From the IMG/VR virus record IMGVR_UViG_3300037851_001291, positions 1 through 47,632 of that record: a stretch of 47,632 bases of DNA; one strand, 5' to 3'. Shown one piece after another: positions 16,046 to 26,283 of this stretch. The notes under the pieces are model-generated. The model was not told the DNA's origin, did no database searches, and saw only the letters and a list, made by a program, of their open reading frames with translations. Every line of letters begins with the position of its first letter. Position 1 is the stretch's first letter. The DNA comes from a virus. Its lineage: Duplodnaviria > Caudoviricetes. Both the position numbers and the translations under genes were made by a program.

Positions 16046-17229
16046 AAATTTCTCGATTCCTTTACAATAACCTGTTCATGGTCTTCCACCAAATTGGTAC
16101 GCTTTATTCCTGGGATGTTCTTTTCACCATCTAGCACTCCATTTCTTACCATAAAAATTTTGTTAATGTAGCCAGAAGCCGTGATTAAATGCCGAACTTC
16201 TTGCACTAAATAACGACCAGAAAGAGCGTGACAGCCACCTGGTGAGGTCGAGATAAGCAACGATATAACTTTGCCCGCTTCTAATAATGGATCGCCTCGA
16301 CAAATCATAGAAGCATGATAACGGGAACGCTGAGCGCGATACCATTGGCTTTTAGCTTCTACTTTGGTAGCGTTCAAATTTTCGCTCTGAGTTTGGTGAA
16401 AGTAACGGCCTGTGTTTTTTGTTTCCGTTAAAAAAGTTCTATCGCCCAAAAGTTCTTTTTCGGTTGTGTTGTCTAAGGTTGCCGTAAATTCTAGCGATTT
16501 TTTTTCCAATGGGTCATACCCAAAAGCCTTACACGAAAGACCTCCCAAAGCATTTGTCAATTCTCCTTGGAAGGAGATCTTCAATTCGTGGATATGTGAA
16601 TCTTCTCCATAGATATACCTACGAAAAATATGATTGCTATACTCAGGCGTGTGAAAATGTAGTATTCCTGTGTGATCGAAATAGATGTCGTAATCAGCAC
16701 GGCCGTTAGCCGACATTGCCCTGGGAATTAAGCATTGCTTTATAAATTGCATATCCGAAAGCCAGATTTGCAAAATTGTATATAAGCCTTCTGTTTCTTC
16801 TACTCTTGCTTCGACTTTATTGTCGGACGCAATACGCCTTACCATATCAGAAATTTTCATTTTGGAAAAGCTACGGCTATTTGTATTTCGGTTCATCCTC
16901 AATGATTGGTCACAGCCAACAATTTCCAAATTTATTCCCAAACCAAGAAAATTCATACTGTAATCAGTGAGCCAATGTTGGTGAACATCCGAAATTGTTC
17001 CTCCTGCATAACCAAAACTAAATTGAATCTGATTGTTCTTTTGTAATTCTCTTATATCCAATTCTTTATAGTCTGAATGCGACAACAAGAGTTTGTGTGT
17101 ATTTGCCTCGGAATTTATTGTGCTTACATATTCAAAGCCATGAATTCCATTTTCCATAGAAAGTCGTAGCTTTCCAATTTTGTATTCTAAGAACGCCGGG
17201 ATAAAATTTTTACTTGTAATCGTCGGCAT
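16042..17229 (-). CDS. Baseplate hub protein (gp27 / P2 gpD-like)
   Basis: SDMVRRIA, Q..SDMQFI, GDPLLEAG, SGRYLVQEVRH; SD before ATG 17229. Confidence 0.85.
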   Translation of the reverse strand: MPTITSKNFIPAFLEYKIGKLRLSMENGIHGFEYVSTINSEANTHKLLLSHSDYKELDIRELQKNNQIQFSFGYAGGTISDVHQHWLTDYSMNFLGLGINLEIVGCDQSLRMNRNTNSRSFSKMKISDMVRRIASDNKVEARVEETEGLYTILQIWLSDMQFIKQCLIPRAMSANGRADYDIYFDHTGILHFHTPEYSNHIFRRYIYGEDSHIHELKISFQGELTNALGGLSCKAFGYDPLEKKSLEFTATLDNTTEKELLGDRTFLTETKNTGRYFHQTQSENLNATKVEAKSQWYRAQRSRYHASMICRGDPLLEAGKVISLLISTSPGGCHALSGRYLVQEVRHLITASGYINKIFMVRNGVLDGEKNIPGIKRTNLVEDHEQVIVKESRNL

Positions 17230-17230
17230 T

Positions 17231-17575
17231 TTAAATTCCTTCTGCCTGGCTTTTCCAAACCGATGGATTTTCAGGGATGCGAATGACTGTGCCTGGCCTA
17301 AGACCATAAGCCGGATCAAAAATATCGTTGGCAATGGCAATCACCCACCAAAGTTCAGGTGTGCCATAATACAAATATGCCAGATAATCCAGACGACCAT
17401 TGTCTTTGCTTTGGATGGTAATAAATGTATCAGAATCCGATTTTTCTATAATGGGAGCAACAAAAGTTCCAAAGAAAGAAATGGCACCCGTTCCTTTATT
17501 GATATTTTTTGCATCCAGAGTGTACAACGGAGTTTTTTCATAGCGACTATTGGGAGAAAGCAAAATTCGTCTCAT
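17231..17575 (-). CDS. gp53/LysM-like baseplate wedge protein
   Basis: GRLDYLAYLYYGTPELWWVIAIANDI...GTVIRIP. Confidence 0.9.
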   Translation of the reverse strand: MRRILLSPNSRYEKTPLYTLDAKNINKGTGAISFFGTFVAPIIEKSDSDTFITIQSKDNGRLDYLAYLYYGTPELWWVIAIANDIFDPAYGLRPGTVIRIPENPSVWKSQAEGI

Positions 17576-18114
17576 TATGGAATGCCCCCTCGATGTTGTG
17601 TTTTGATGTTCTCTCGATTAAGACCGACAAAGCCGTAGAAGTCTTGTGCAGATGGTGTCCGAAGTCTTTCCATATTTAAAGAAACTGTAGCCTCTAAAGG
17701 ACAAAGATTGTCTATGTTCCAAGCCTCTCCATATTCAACAGAGGCTTGGGTTACAATTCCCAAAAAACTCAACCATGTTCCTACAATCAAAAGAACTTTT
17801 GGCGGTCTTGATAGCCCACTTTTTTTCCCTGACTTCATGGGATAGGTTAAAGATAAACACCAATTCACTTTTTCGATTACATTGGCAATGGAATTATCGT
17901 AGGCTACAAATTTAGTAGAGACTGAAATATTTTGCGGACTAGTATGAGACCAAAGATAAATTGGCCCGGAACTTCCTGCCGTATGGGTTGACTGGTAATT
18001 ACTAGAAACCGAATGGCCTGATATTTTAGGAGTAGACGTAAAGAACAAAGTTTCTTCGGGTGTTTCCATGGTGCGAAGGAATGCCTTTTCTATCTGATTT
18101 TCTTGGCCGCCCAT
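17575..18114 (-). CDS. Tail tube initiator / baseplate-tube adaptor
   Basis: LTYP...RPPKVLL..G and P..ATVSL motifs; located between the tape measure and LysM genes. Confidence 0.7.
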   Translation of the reverse strand: MGGQENQIEKAFLRTMETPEETLFFTSTPKISGHSVSSNYQSTHTAGSSGPIYLWSHTSPQNISVSTKFVAYDNSIANVIEKVNWCLSLTYPMKSGKKSGLSRPPKVLLIVGTWLSFLGIVTQASVEYGEAWNIDNLCPLEATVSLNMERLRTPSAQDFYGFVGLNRENIKTQHRGGIP

Positions 18115-18117
18115 AAT

Positions 18118-20802
18118 TTACACCCTCCAATTTCCAAGCATTGGGTCTACGTGCCCTTTGCCGCTAAATAATGAATTTCTATTATTGAAGCGAAGCTCTT
18201 CTAAGATTTTGTCTAACAGACTAACCACTTGCGAAATGTCAACACCAGAAGGGTTTTGTGATTCTTCTTGAAGTTTTGCGCTTGCTACTTGTTTAGTGGC
18301 AACTTGAGCCATTTCTTTTCTATCTGCCATGCTCAAAGTTTTTTCCAAAACATCATTGAGACGATTTAATGGCAAAACTACTTCGGGTTTGTTTTCTTCT
18401 CCAACGATAATGGGGGTCCTACCAACAACAACCGCACCAGATGCCGCTCCCTTTGGTTTGGTTGGCATGAGAAGCGATGATTTTGTCACTCCACCAAATA
18501 TTTCGTTCAAAGAATCCAAAAACCAATCGCTGGTTTTGGATAAAGTTTTTTCTGGCGATTCTATAAATTGTCCGATTCCCTCGATTGCTTTTTTTGTGTA
18601 TTCCGGAATAGCCTTAAAAAAATTCAAGATTGACTGCAAAGCATCCACTACAGGCATTAGGTTTTCATAGGCTTTTTTCCACATTTCCCCATGAAGTTTT
18701 CCTAAAGAGGCCAAAGCACCCATGATCATTTCCAACAAAGAAACTAAAATTTTAAATGGAGAAAGAATAATTCCCCAGGCAGCCGAAGATAGCAAATCTA
18801 TGATAAAAGAAAGCCCTTGGAAAATTGGCGATAAGATAAAAGCAAGCCCTTTTAAGATAAAAGTCAATAGTTTTAGCACTCCAAGAATTGTACCTCCTAA
18901 AATTAATCCTAGGCCATAAAGAATTTTCCCAAAAAAAATCCAAAGGGGTTTGGTGGCTGTAAAGAAACGTACGGTTAATTCCCAAACTTCTTTTAGCGGC
19001 TTAACAAATAAAGAATAGAGTACAACGCCTACTAATTTGAAAAAACCAGATACAACAGTCCACAGCTCTTTAAAAATAGCTCCTATTTCTTTGCCAATCA
19101 CAGAAAACAATTCCATTGCTGGAGCAAATACAGTGCTCCATTCAATGCCAAAATTTTTAATCCATTGATAAAGCCGTCGAAATCCCTCCACCAACAAACC
19201 TATGGCAATTCCAATAAGAATGAATTTTCCCACAAAAACGCCTAAGATTGCTAATAATGGTAATGCCAATGGGATCAATACAGCCAAGATGGATTTTAAA
19301 GCCGACAAAGCTAAGCCAACGGCTATGATTTGGGTCGTAATCGCAATAAATTTTTTGGTTTCAGGGGAAAGGTTTTGTATCCAACGCGCTATGGCTTGAA
19401 AAGAAGGAATTACATACTTATTAGCAATTTCGACAAAATTTTTGCGTAGGCTTTCTCCTAACACGGCTAAAGATGGCGTGAACACACTGGCGATTGCTAG
19501 TCCAACTGCTTTTATTGTCGAACGCATAGATTGAAAAGCATCGTTCAATTCTTTGCTCCGTGTTGATGCTTTTGTGGTCTCTTCAATTATTTTCTGATAG
19601 CCTTCTTTTTGTTCTTTGCTCATTTGCCTAAACGCCCGTGCAGACTCCCACGACAATCCTGTTGCTTCCTCAAAGGTATCGCGCATCATTAAAAACATGT
19701 CTTCTGGCATTTTGTCCACAGACTTCATAAACAATTCGTTCAATCGAATAAAATCAGCACTTTCGATCATTTTGTTTATCTCTTCGACGCTGGTCTGAGT
19801 CATTTGTGAGAAAAACAAAATCATCTTTCTTTGGTTCATGGAATACTTGGTTGTCAAACCTTCAAACATTTTTGACAAATCTTGTATGGGGGCTTCAACC
19901 TCTCGAAAGGCAGCACCCAAAGCCAAAACTTGAGGGGCTATTTTCCCTCGAACATTTTTTTCAAGATTCTTGGACACTGCCACGAAACTATTAAGAAGTT
20001 CATTTGCTTCATTGGCGGAAAGTTTGGTATTGGTCGCTACATATCGAATTGCGTTGGCCAGACCTATCATGCCTACACTCCCACCTTTATACCACAAGGC
20101 ATAAATTTTCATAGCATTGCCGGCTTCGGTTGCTGACAGCTCTGTAGTATTGGATAAAAGCGATGCTGCTTTAATAAACTCTTCAATGCTTTCTTTTCCG
20201 CGCATTTGGACAATAGAAATTTGTGAAAAAACTTCATTCATTTTTTCTGAAGAAAAAAGCATGTCTATCGAACTTTTGAGAAATTGACTTCGTAAGCTTT
20301 CCCAATGCTCTTCGGACAAAGCAATTTTTTTGTTGATCTCAATTAAGGATTCTTGAACTATGTCAGCACTCTCGCGCATTTGTGTTAATGCTTTTTTGGC
20401 TGAAAATAATACTGCAATGGAAGACAACAAGGTTTGGCTAAAATCCCCAAAAATATCGTTGAGTTTTTCTACTGATGGAGTGGTCCGTTCTTGAAATTCT
20501 TCATTGAGGTCTTCTAATGTTTTTCTAGTGTCTTCCTGACGCGCCACCAAACTTTCTTTATTTTTTTTATCTCCCAAAATATGAACAGCGTCATTGGATT
20601 GTGTAACAAAATTTTTTAGGGTAGAAGACAAAGAAGAAAAAGCCCCCTGTACCTTTTTAGAGGCATCACCGGATTCATCACTCATTTCTTCTAAAACTTG
20701 TTCCATTTCACTAAGAGACCCTGTGATCTTTTTTATATTTTTCGACATTTGGTCTCTTAGTTTTAAGGTGAATTCAAGACCTTTTTGTGTTGGCCCGTCC
20801 AT
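18118..20802 (-). CDS. Tape measure protein
   Basis: About 890 aa, helical with hydrophobic repeats; C-terminal ASGAVVVGRTPIIVGEENKPEVVLPL; position. Confidence 0.9.
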   Translation of the reverse strand: MDGPTQKGLEFTLKLRDQMSKNIKKITGSLSEMEQVLEEMSDESGDASKKVQGAFSSLSSTLKNFVTQSNDAVHILGDKKNKESLVARQEDTRKTLEDLNEEFQERTTPSVEKLNDIFGDFSQTLLSSIAVLFSAKKALTQMRESADIVQESLIEINKKIALSEEHWESLRSQFLKSSIDMLFSSEKMNEVFSQISIVQMRGKESIEEFIKAASLLSNTTELSATEAGNAMKIYALWYKGGSVGMIGLANAIRYVATNTKLSANEANELLNSFVAVSKNLEKNVRGKIAPQVLALGAAFREVEAPIQDLSKMFEGLTTKYSMNQRKMILFFSQMTQTSVEEINKMIESADFIRLNELFMKSVDKMPEDMFLMMRDTFEEATGLSWESARAFRQMSKEQKEGYQKIIEETTKASTRSKELNDAFQSMRSTIKAVGLAIASVFTPSLAVLGESLRKNFVEIANKYVIPSFQAIARWIQNLSPETKKFIAITTQIIAVGLALSALKSILAVLIPLALPLLAILGVFVGKFILIGIAIGLLVEGFRRLYQWIKNFGIEWSTVFAPAMELFSVIGKEIGAIFKELWTVVSGFFKLVGVVLYSLFVKPLKEVWELTVRFFTATKPLWIFFGKILYGLGLILGGTILGVLKLLTFILKGLAFILSPIFQGLSFIIDLLSSAAWGIILSPFKILVSLLEMIMGALASLGKLHGEMWKKAYENLMPVVDALQSILNFFKAIPEYTKKAIEGIGQFIESPEKTLSKTSDWFLDSLNEIFGGVTKSSLLMPTKPKGAASGAVVVGRTPIIVGEENKPEVVLPLNRLNDVLEKTLSMADRKEMAQVATKQVASAKLQEESQNPSGVDISQVVSLLDKILEELRFNNRNSLFSGKGHVDPMLGNWRV

Positions 20803-20806
20803 AGTT

Positions 20807-20992
20807 CTACCTTGTTCTCGAATGTTTAATAGAATCCATTTCTTTCTTGAGACGCTCTTGTTCTTGCTGTTGCTTTTCAAACAGTTCAACTAAACGGTTG
20901 TAATGCCAATTTCTTTCGGAACACGGCATTTTTTCTGTATCGCCCCAAGAAAAATGCCCATGATAAACCAAATCAAATTGGCAAGCCATCAC
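20807..20992 (-). CDS. Tail assembly chaperone C-terminal part (gp51/GT-like), possibly made by frameshift
   Basis: QFDLVYHGHFSW...MP.SER.W; overlaps the upstream gene in the +1 frame after GAG TTT TTT C. Confidence 0.7.
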   Translation of the reverse strand: MMACQFDLVYHGHFSWGDTEKMPCSERNWHYNRLVELFEKQQQEQERLKKEMDSIKHSRTR

Positions 20993-21764
20993 GGCTTCGT
21001 AAGCTTTTCCGTTTGGGACGAAAAAACTCTTCGGTCACAGGCAATCTAGTCTCAATGAGGAAACTGCATTTGGGGCATTCCAAGGAAATGTCTGTGTCAA
21101 CACCGCAATCGTTTTCTTCCAAAGCATGGCGCAATTCCATGGTGTCGCGACTTACTAGCTTTTCTACAAGTTGTAGGGCGTCTATCTGGGAAATAGGCTT
21201 TTGATCAAAAGAAACGATGCTTCGAGCTAGTGAATAAGTGTAGGCGGGATCGCCGACTTCTTCTTTTACGCCACGCCCTTTGGCATATTTATGAATTGCA
21301 TTTTCGTCCTTGCCTCGCAAAATTTTAAGTCCAATTGTCTTTCCAGCAACAGGAAGTGTGACTAAAAACGGCTCTGCCTTTTCTTCATTATTGTCGTAGG
21401 TTTTTACATTTAACTCTGTTAAGTCAAAATTTTTAATAAACTGGTTGTCGCAATCAGGACATCGAACTTGAATTGGATATTCTGAGCCAAAAGAAATAAG
21501 GCGGATTTTGATTAAAAGAAAAAACCTATCCGAAATTAATAAATCCGATGGGGAAAAAGCAGAAGGCAATTGAACGCAAGAAGATAAAAGCATTTCCATT
21601 TTTTCTGAAATGTTTCCCTTTCCTCCATAAATTAATTTTTCTTCTCTAGCTGTCATAGCTCTCACATTGAGTTTTCCGCCTGGTATTTTCCCTTCGTACA
21701 GCCTTCCTTTGGATGGAAGCTCAACCGCGCACATTACCGAACTTTCAGAATATAAATTTTCCAT
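20973..21764 (-). CDS. Baseplate hub / tail assembly chaperone (T4 gp26-like)
   Basis: VELPSKGRLY, MTAREEKL, two CPxC motifs, terminal EFFRP. Confidence 0.85.
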   Translation of the reverse strand: MENLYSESSVMCAVELPSKGRLYEGKIPGGKLNVRAMTAREEKLIYGGKGNISEKMEMLLSSCVQLPSAFSPSDLLISDRFFLLIKIRLISFGSEYPIQVRCPDCDNQFIKNFDLTELNVKTYDNNEEKAEPFLVTLPVAGKTIGLKILRGKDENAIHKYAKGRGVKEEVGDPAYTYSLARSIVSFDQKPISQIDALQLVEKLVSRDTMELRHALEENDCGVDTDISLECPKCSFLIETRLPVTEEFFRPKRKSLRSRDGLPI

Positions 21765-21774
21765 ATGTTATTCC

Positions 21775-22311
21775 CTAAGTTGTTTCTTCGAGAAAAAGAG
21801 GAATTGCTCTATCAAATCTAAGACTCACAGACATTTCTAAAACTTCATTGGAATTGTATTCTAAATTTCCATGCTCCACCGATGTTGGCCACAAACCTTG
21901 TAATTTCCATTTTCTTTCGTGCATAACTCCATCGGGACCAGTCAAAATAATACAGGCTTCTCTTTTATAATTCATGGCATATCCTAAAGCCCCAGTTCTT
22001 GGATCATAAACCAGTCGTCGCCATTTAAGAATTACATTGGCAGTTGCTTGATCTAAAAAATCTCTACACCGGATAGAGCCACCCTCTAAGGTTCTCCTAC
22101 CAGCAATCCAAGAAGATTCGTTCATCCAAGACATCTCAATAGCCTCATTCCCTTCTTGAGGAAGAAAGCCTGAAACAATAGACATTCGCAATATTTCTTG
22201 TTCGAGATTGCTTGGCATGTATATCTCTATTTGAAAATGGTTTCTTCTTTGAGGCTCAAATCCTCCCGCCGAAGAAGCTAAATGCTCAGCAGTCATTCGT
22301 TCTAATGGCAT
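21775..22311 (-). CDS. Tail tube protein (gp19-like)
   Basis: FEPQRRNHF, WRRLVYDPRTG..GYA..YK, WKLQGLWP, LRFDRA; follows the sheath gene. Confidence 0.92.
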   Translation of the reverse strand: MPLERMTAEHLASSAGGFEPQRRNHFQIEIYMPSNLEQEILRMSIVSGFLPQEGNEAIEMSWMNESSWIAGRRTLEGGSIRCRDFLDQATANVILKWRRLVYDPRTGALGYAMNYKREACIILTGPDGVMHERKWKLQGLWPTSVEHGNLEYNSNEVLEMSVSLRFDRAIPLFLEETT

Positions 22312-22359
22312 AGTGTTCTCCTGACTTACCAGTTTTTCTAAAGTTGTGTCTCATTCATT

Positions 22360-24246
22360 TTAGGCCTCTGTAAACTCCGCTCCTGAAGGCAAAATAATAA
22401 AATCCAATACGATTTTTTCTGCTGCTTTTGTTGGAACAATAAATAATTTTCCGTGCATTTCATTGCGGTTGCGAACATCCGGTGGATTGGTGCTTTCGTC
22501 AATCACTATGGAAAAAGATTCTATTCCACGCCCAGCCTTAATTCTGCGAAGAATCGGATTGATCAAAGCTTCAGTCCTTCGCCACAATGTGCTATCATTG
22601 GGTTCAAAAAGCAAATATTTTGTTATTGTTGCCACCAATTTTTCTGCAACCAAAAGCATTCGACGAACATTGACGCGATCCAAGGCACTGGGCATTCTTT
22701 GCAAAGTCCTTTGTCCCCAAATCACAATACCATCGCGCGTAAAATCTACAATTGGATTGACTGCATTGCCATTGCCATACATTGCCTCTTGTTGTCCTTG
22801 GTCAACATTGTATTCAAGCCTCAAAGCTGTTGGCAATTTTCCTCGTACAAGTCCAGCAGGAGCAAACCATGGATCGGAAACATAATCAGTATAAGCTATC
22901 TGGCCTGCTACCCAACCAGAAGGAGGCGTAAAAATTTTTTGTTCTGTGATAGGATCATACATCTCGATCCAAGGCCAGTATGTCGCACCATAACTACTAT
23001 TGAAAGCGGAATGTAATCCATCATAAACTCCATTGCCATTGTGCCAATCTATGACCTTTTCTACAGAGATTCCCAAAGGTGGGTCAACAATAGCAAAACA
23101 GTCTCCTCGACGACGACATAAATCGAGCATTTCCATAACAACAGGGCCAGAGGAAACGCCAGGAATGGCAACTAGATTAATGTCAAGCTTGTCAACGTCT
23201 TCGAGTGCTTTTAACCCTGTCTTCTTTGAAGTAGCTGGGTCAACCGTGCCAATATAATCCGCATCACTAATAGCGGAAATTCCGTCTTCACCTCCGGACA
23301 AATAAAAATAAAGCGCGGCTGGAATAGTGCCAGGATTGCTAAAAGTTGTAGGCGCGGGAGGAATTGAATTGCCATGATCGTCTACACGAATGTAACGACT
23401 TGCGTTGTTGATAGTGTTTTCTACAATTCCCTTGGTGAGGTTGTCGTATGATTCTAGCAAATTGGACTTTGCATCATGAACCCGAATGCGGAATGATCCA
23501 GTGTTTGTTCCCTGGTCAATTCCAATGTATAGACCGTTGGCCCATTCGCCTGGAGATTCTGCGGAAATGCTCAAAGAAATTGCCACAGCGTCCATTCCAT
23601 TAACTGTGTAAGGAATTTCGGCGATCCCAAAAATGTCTCGTGAGGCATCTTGAGTTGGGTCAACCGTGTAAGGCACAATAGCCAACTCTCCTGCAATCCC
23701 TGTTGTATTTGAACGCAAAACAACTTTACTATTCAAATTATCTTTGGTAGCAAATCCAACAAAGGAAGGATCAGAGGCATTGATTTGGCTGACGATGTGA
23801 TCAATGCTTACTTTCGTTAAAGACCCGGCCCAGCCTGTAGTTAAGTTAATGTTTTGAGTCACTCCATCTCTAGTTAATCTGATAAATTTACGCTGGGAAA
23901 GATTTATTCCAGCAGACAAATCTTTTGTTCCGATTAAAAAAGCAGGCTGTGCGTTTCCAGAAACGTCGGTTTTAGAAATTTGATGTGTTCCATCGGTTAT
24001 ACGGACAACTCGAAGTTGTCTTCCATTTCTTAAGTATTGCTGGCTTGCATAAATCATGTAGGTTGTGCCATCCGGATTGCCAAACTTTTGTAAAAGATCG
24101 AGTTCGTTTGTAATTAGTATTGGTTCACCGACTGGTCCTTTTTTAGCAATTCCAACTATAGCAAAAATTGCCGTAGCCAAAGCAGGAGCATACTGTGATA
24201 AATCGGTTTCCTTTATATATACTCCGGGAGCTATATACTGACCCAT
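22360..24246 (-). CDS. Tail sheath protein (gp18-like)
   Basis: APGVYIKETDLS, KGP, PWFAPAGLVRG, IWGQRTL, DRVNVRR, FEPND. Confidence 0.97.
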   Translation of the reverse strand: MGQYIAPGVYIKETDLSQYAPALATAIFAIVGIAKKGPVGEPILITNELDLLQKFGNPDGTTYMIYASQQYLRNGRQLRVVRITDGTHQISKTDVSGNAQPAFLIGTKDLSAGINLSQRKFIRLTRDGVTQNINLTTGWAGSLTKVSIDHIVSQINASDPSFVGFATKDNLNSKVVLRSNTTGIAGELAIVPYTVDPTQDASRDIFGIAEIPYTVNGMDAVAISLSISAESPGEWANGLYIGIDQGTNTGSFRIRVHDAKSNLLESYDNLTKGIVENTINNASRYIRVDDHGNSIPPAPTTFSNPGTIPAALYFYLSGGEDGISAISDADYIGTVDPATSKKTGLKALEDVDKLDINLVAIPGVSSGPVVMEMLDLCRRRGDCFAIVDPPLGISVEKVIDWHNGNGVYDGLHSAFNSSYGATYWPWIEMYDPITEQKIFTPPSGWVAGQIAYTDYVSDPWFAPAGLVRGKLPTALRLEYNVDQGQQEAMYGNGNAVNPIVDFTRDGIVIWGQRTLQRMPSALDRVNVRRMLLVAEKLVATITKYLLFEPNDSTLWRRTEALINPILRRIKAGRGIESFSIVIDESTNPPDVRNRNEMHGKLFIVPTKAAEKIVLDFIILPSGAEFTEA

Positions 24247-24249
24247 TTT

Positions 24250-24450
24250 TTATTTCTCCATTTGCTGAACATGTATATATCCCATAGCTTCCTTACTGCG
24301 GACATCATCCGTTATCTCTTTCTCTGCAATAATTCTTTCCGAATTATTTTTTCCCTTAGGCATCAAAGTAAGAGTCTTTGAACTTCCATTTGAATCTCTA
24401 ACGAGAATATTCTGCAATTGACGCAGTTTATTAACAATCTTGTATTGCAC
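24250..24450 (-). CDS. Small hypothetical protein
   Basis: GTG start with AAAGG SD; fills the gap between the sheath and terminator genes. Confidence 0.65.
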   Translation of the reverse strand: MQYKIVNKLRQLQNILVRDSNGSSKTLTLMPKGKNNSERIIAEKEITDDVRSKEAMGYIHVQQMEK

Positions 24451-24462
24451 ACTTTTTTCCTT

Positions 24463-25218
24463 TCACGGGTCTACAATAATTTGAGCAGTGTGTACACTTT
24501 TTGTCCTTTTGGCAGGCCTAAATAACCAGCCTTCTATAGAAGCATCTAAAGTAATTCGCAAATTTCGATCCTGGTCTGTTACTTCCAAATCACTATTGTC
24601 TTCAATTCCATCTCCGATTATTGGCACAACATAAGGAGTAATATAAACCCCCTCGTGGACAATTTTAGGGTCTATGGTTACATAAAAGCGATCATCATCG
24701 AATTGAAGCAACAACCAAGTTTGGATTGCATTCATAATACTGCGGTTGATGGAGGTAAATTCAATCTGGTACGAAATAGTAATAGGAACTGGATAAGGAA
24801 TTTGATAGCGTTCTTTTTTGGCTTCATCCACAAAACCAGCATAGCGAACGTGAGCCATGCTCCAACGATTTTGATTTTTACGAACTCCTCTACGAGTAAT
24901 GGAGCATGTTGGTTCGATTGGTTTTATGATTTTATCTCTCTCCCGCACTTGAACAGGATGTTCTCGATTTGTTATGTTGGATATTTCGGCATACCCACGT
25001 CTTGGAGTTGCAAACACTAGATGCAACGGTTTTTGAGGGTCTACTGGAAAATTACAAGCCATAGTTTCTTCTTCGATAGCCTTAGAAAATCGAAAAGTAG
25101 AAAGCCAATCATAAACGGCTTGATCATACATTCGCAGCTGATCCACTGTATGCGCTTCGGTGAAATCTTTCAAAAAGGCGATGCTGGGTGGTATGCTAAT
25201 TCCAACTTCTGTTTCCAT
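24463..25218 (-). CDS. Tail terminator / sheath stabiliser (gp15-like)
   Basis: PVPITISYQIE, DNSDLE, IEGWLF; position. Confidence 0.7.
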   Translation of the reverse strand: METEVGISIPPSIAFLKDFTEAHTVDQLRMYDQAVYDWLSTFRFSKAIEEETMACNFPVDPQKPLHLVFATPRRGYAEISNITNREHPVQVRERDKIIKPIEPTCSITRRGVRKNQNRWSMAHVRYAGFVDEAKKERYQIPYPVPITISYQIEFTSINRSIMNAIQTWLLLQFDDDRFYVTIDPKIVHEGVYITPYVVPIIGDGIEDNSDLEVTDQDRNLRITLDASIEGWLFRPAKRTKSVHTAQIIVDP

Positions 25219-25221
25219 AGA

Positions 25222-25755
25222 TTACCTCGCCAAAGACTTTTGAACATTGCTAACAATTTCGTTTATTGTTTTTTGAAAATCTTGCTTTTCCTCAATAAAC
25301 ATTTCAGCAACAGGCCTCCAATGAGGCCTTTCGGGTATATTTCTACTTATACTTCCATATTCAAGGACTCTCGACAGAAATCTTAAATTGATTCCTGTTT
25401 TCGCGTGCTTTTTATTGGGTAGCATAATAGAAATTATAAGTATGCCTTGTTTTAGAGTTTCTTCTATAAAGATTGAAGAAACATATTCGCCTGTAGCAAT
25501 TAATATACGCGGGTCTAACTTCTCTCTGATTTTCTTTTGTTTGTAAGCCTCATTCAATGGCTGCCATGTCAAAAGTTGATCTTCAATATGTTGTTTTAGC
25601 GTTTCCAGAAACTCCTGCGCTAAAGCTCGAATTTTATCTCTGGCCTCTTTGTAAATTTCTTCTTGAACTTCTGCCAAAAATTCTTGAGCTGCCTGAAAGC
25701 TTGCCCTGATTTCGTTTTTGGAAGAAAATTCAAATAAGTTTTGCGCCATAATCAT
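25222..25755 (-). CDS. Tail completion / neck protein (HK97 gp10 / virion morphogenesis-like)
   Basis: WQPL..Y, LIATG, LEYGS..IPERPHWRP. Confidence 0.75.
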   Translation of the reverse strand: MIMAQNLFEFSSKNEIRASFQAAQEFLAEVQEEIYKEARDKIRALAQEFLETLKQHIEDQLLTWQPLNEAYKQKKIREKLDPRILIATGEYVSSIFIEETLKQGILIISIMLPNKKHAKTGINLRFLSRVLEYGSISRNIPERPHWRPVAEMFIEEKQDFQKTINEIVSNVQKSLAR

Positions 25756-26279
25756 CTTCCTTGTCGGTCTATGGTACTTAGCTTACAAAGCAAAATAAAA
25801 GGAATGTTGCTGTTAAGCCAGCACGAATCATGGTCTTCTACTACTTTATCAATTGTGTATTCGTGACCGTTGTATTCTAGGATGTCTCCTATTCGGACAT
25901 TTTTTGTAGGAATGTTCATGGATTCTAAAAAGATAGTACTGACTTTTGCTGTTGCTGGACGACTTTCCACTATACCCAATTTGGTCAAAGTTTGTTCATC
26001 TCCTTGAGGCTGAATAAAAACTCTAATGAAAATTGCTGGATGGTATCGAGGCAAAACCTGTTCTCTATAAAGTTGATCTGTGGCATCAAATTGGTTATAT
26101 TGCAAAGTTTGATTATCGAAACGAGCCTCACTATCTAAAACCAAACGTTGGTCTCGAATAAGCCTTTTCCAGGCAACCAATGGAACATCACGACACCACA
26201 GTTCTAAATGAAATTCTTTTTGAACAGCAATGTCGTAACTTCCAGTAAATTCGTGAGTATCCGATTTGGAAAAGGTCAT
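25752..26279 (-). CDS. Head closure / neck protein (gp14-like)
   Basis: DQLYRE, LTKLGI, IGDILEYNG..Y; follows the gp13-like gene. Confidence 0.65.
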   Translation of the reverse strand: MTFSKSDTHEFTGSYDIAVQKEFHLELWCRDVPLVAWKRLIRDQRLVLDSEARFDNQTLQYNQFDATDQLYREQVLPRYHPAIFIRVFIQPQGDEQTLTKLGIVESRPATAKVSTIFLESMNIPTKNVRIGDILEYNGHEYTIDKVVEDHDSCWLNSNIPFILLCKLSTIDRQGR

Positions 26280-26283
26280 AGCT

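Noticed and set aside
20190-20210. Similarity of spacer 2 (ttcccgcgcatt) to the tape measure gene (tttccgcgcatt)
   Set aside because: Only about 11 matching nt; expected by chance, not self-targeting.
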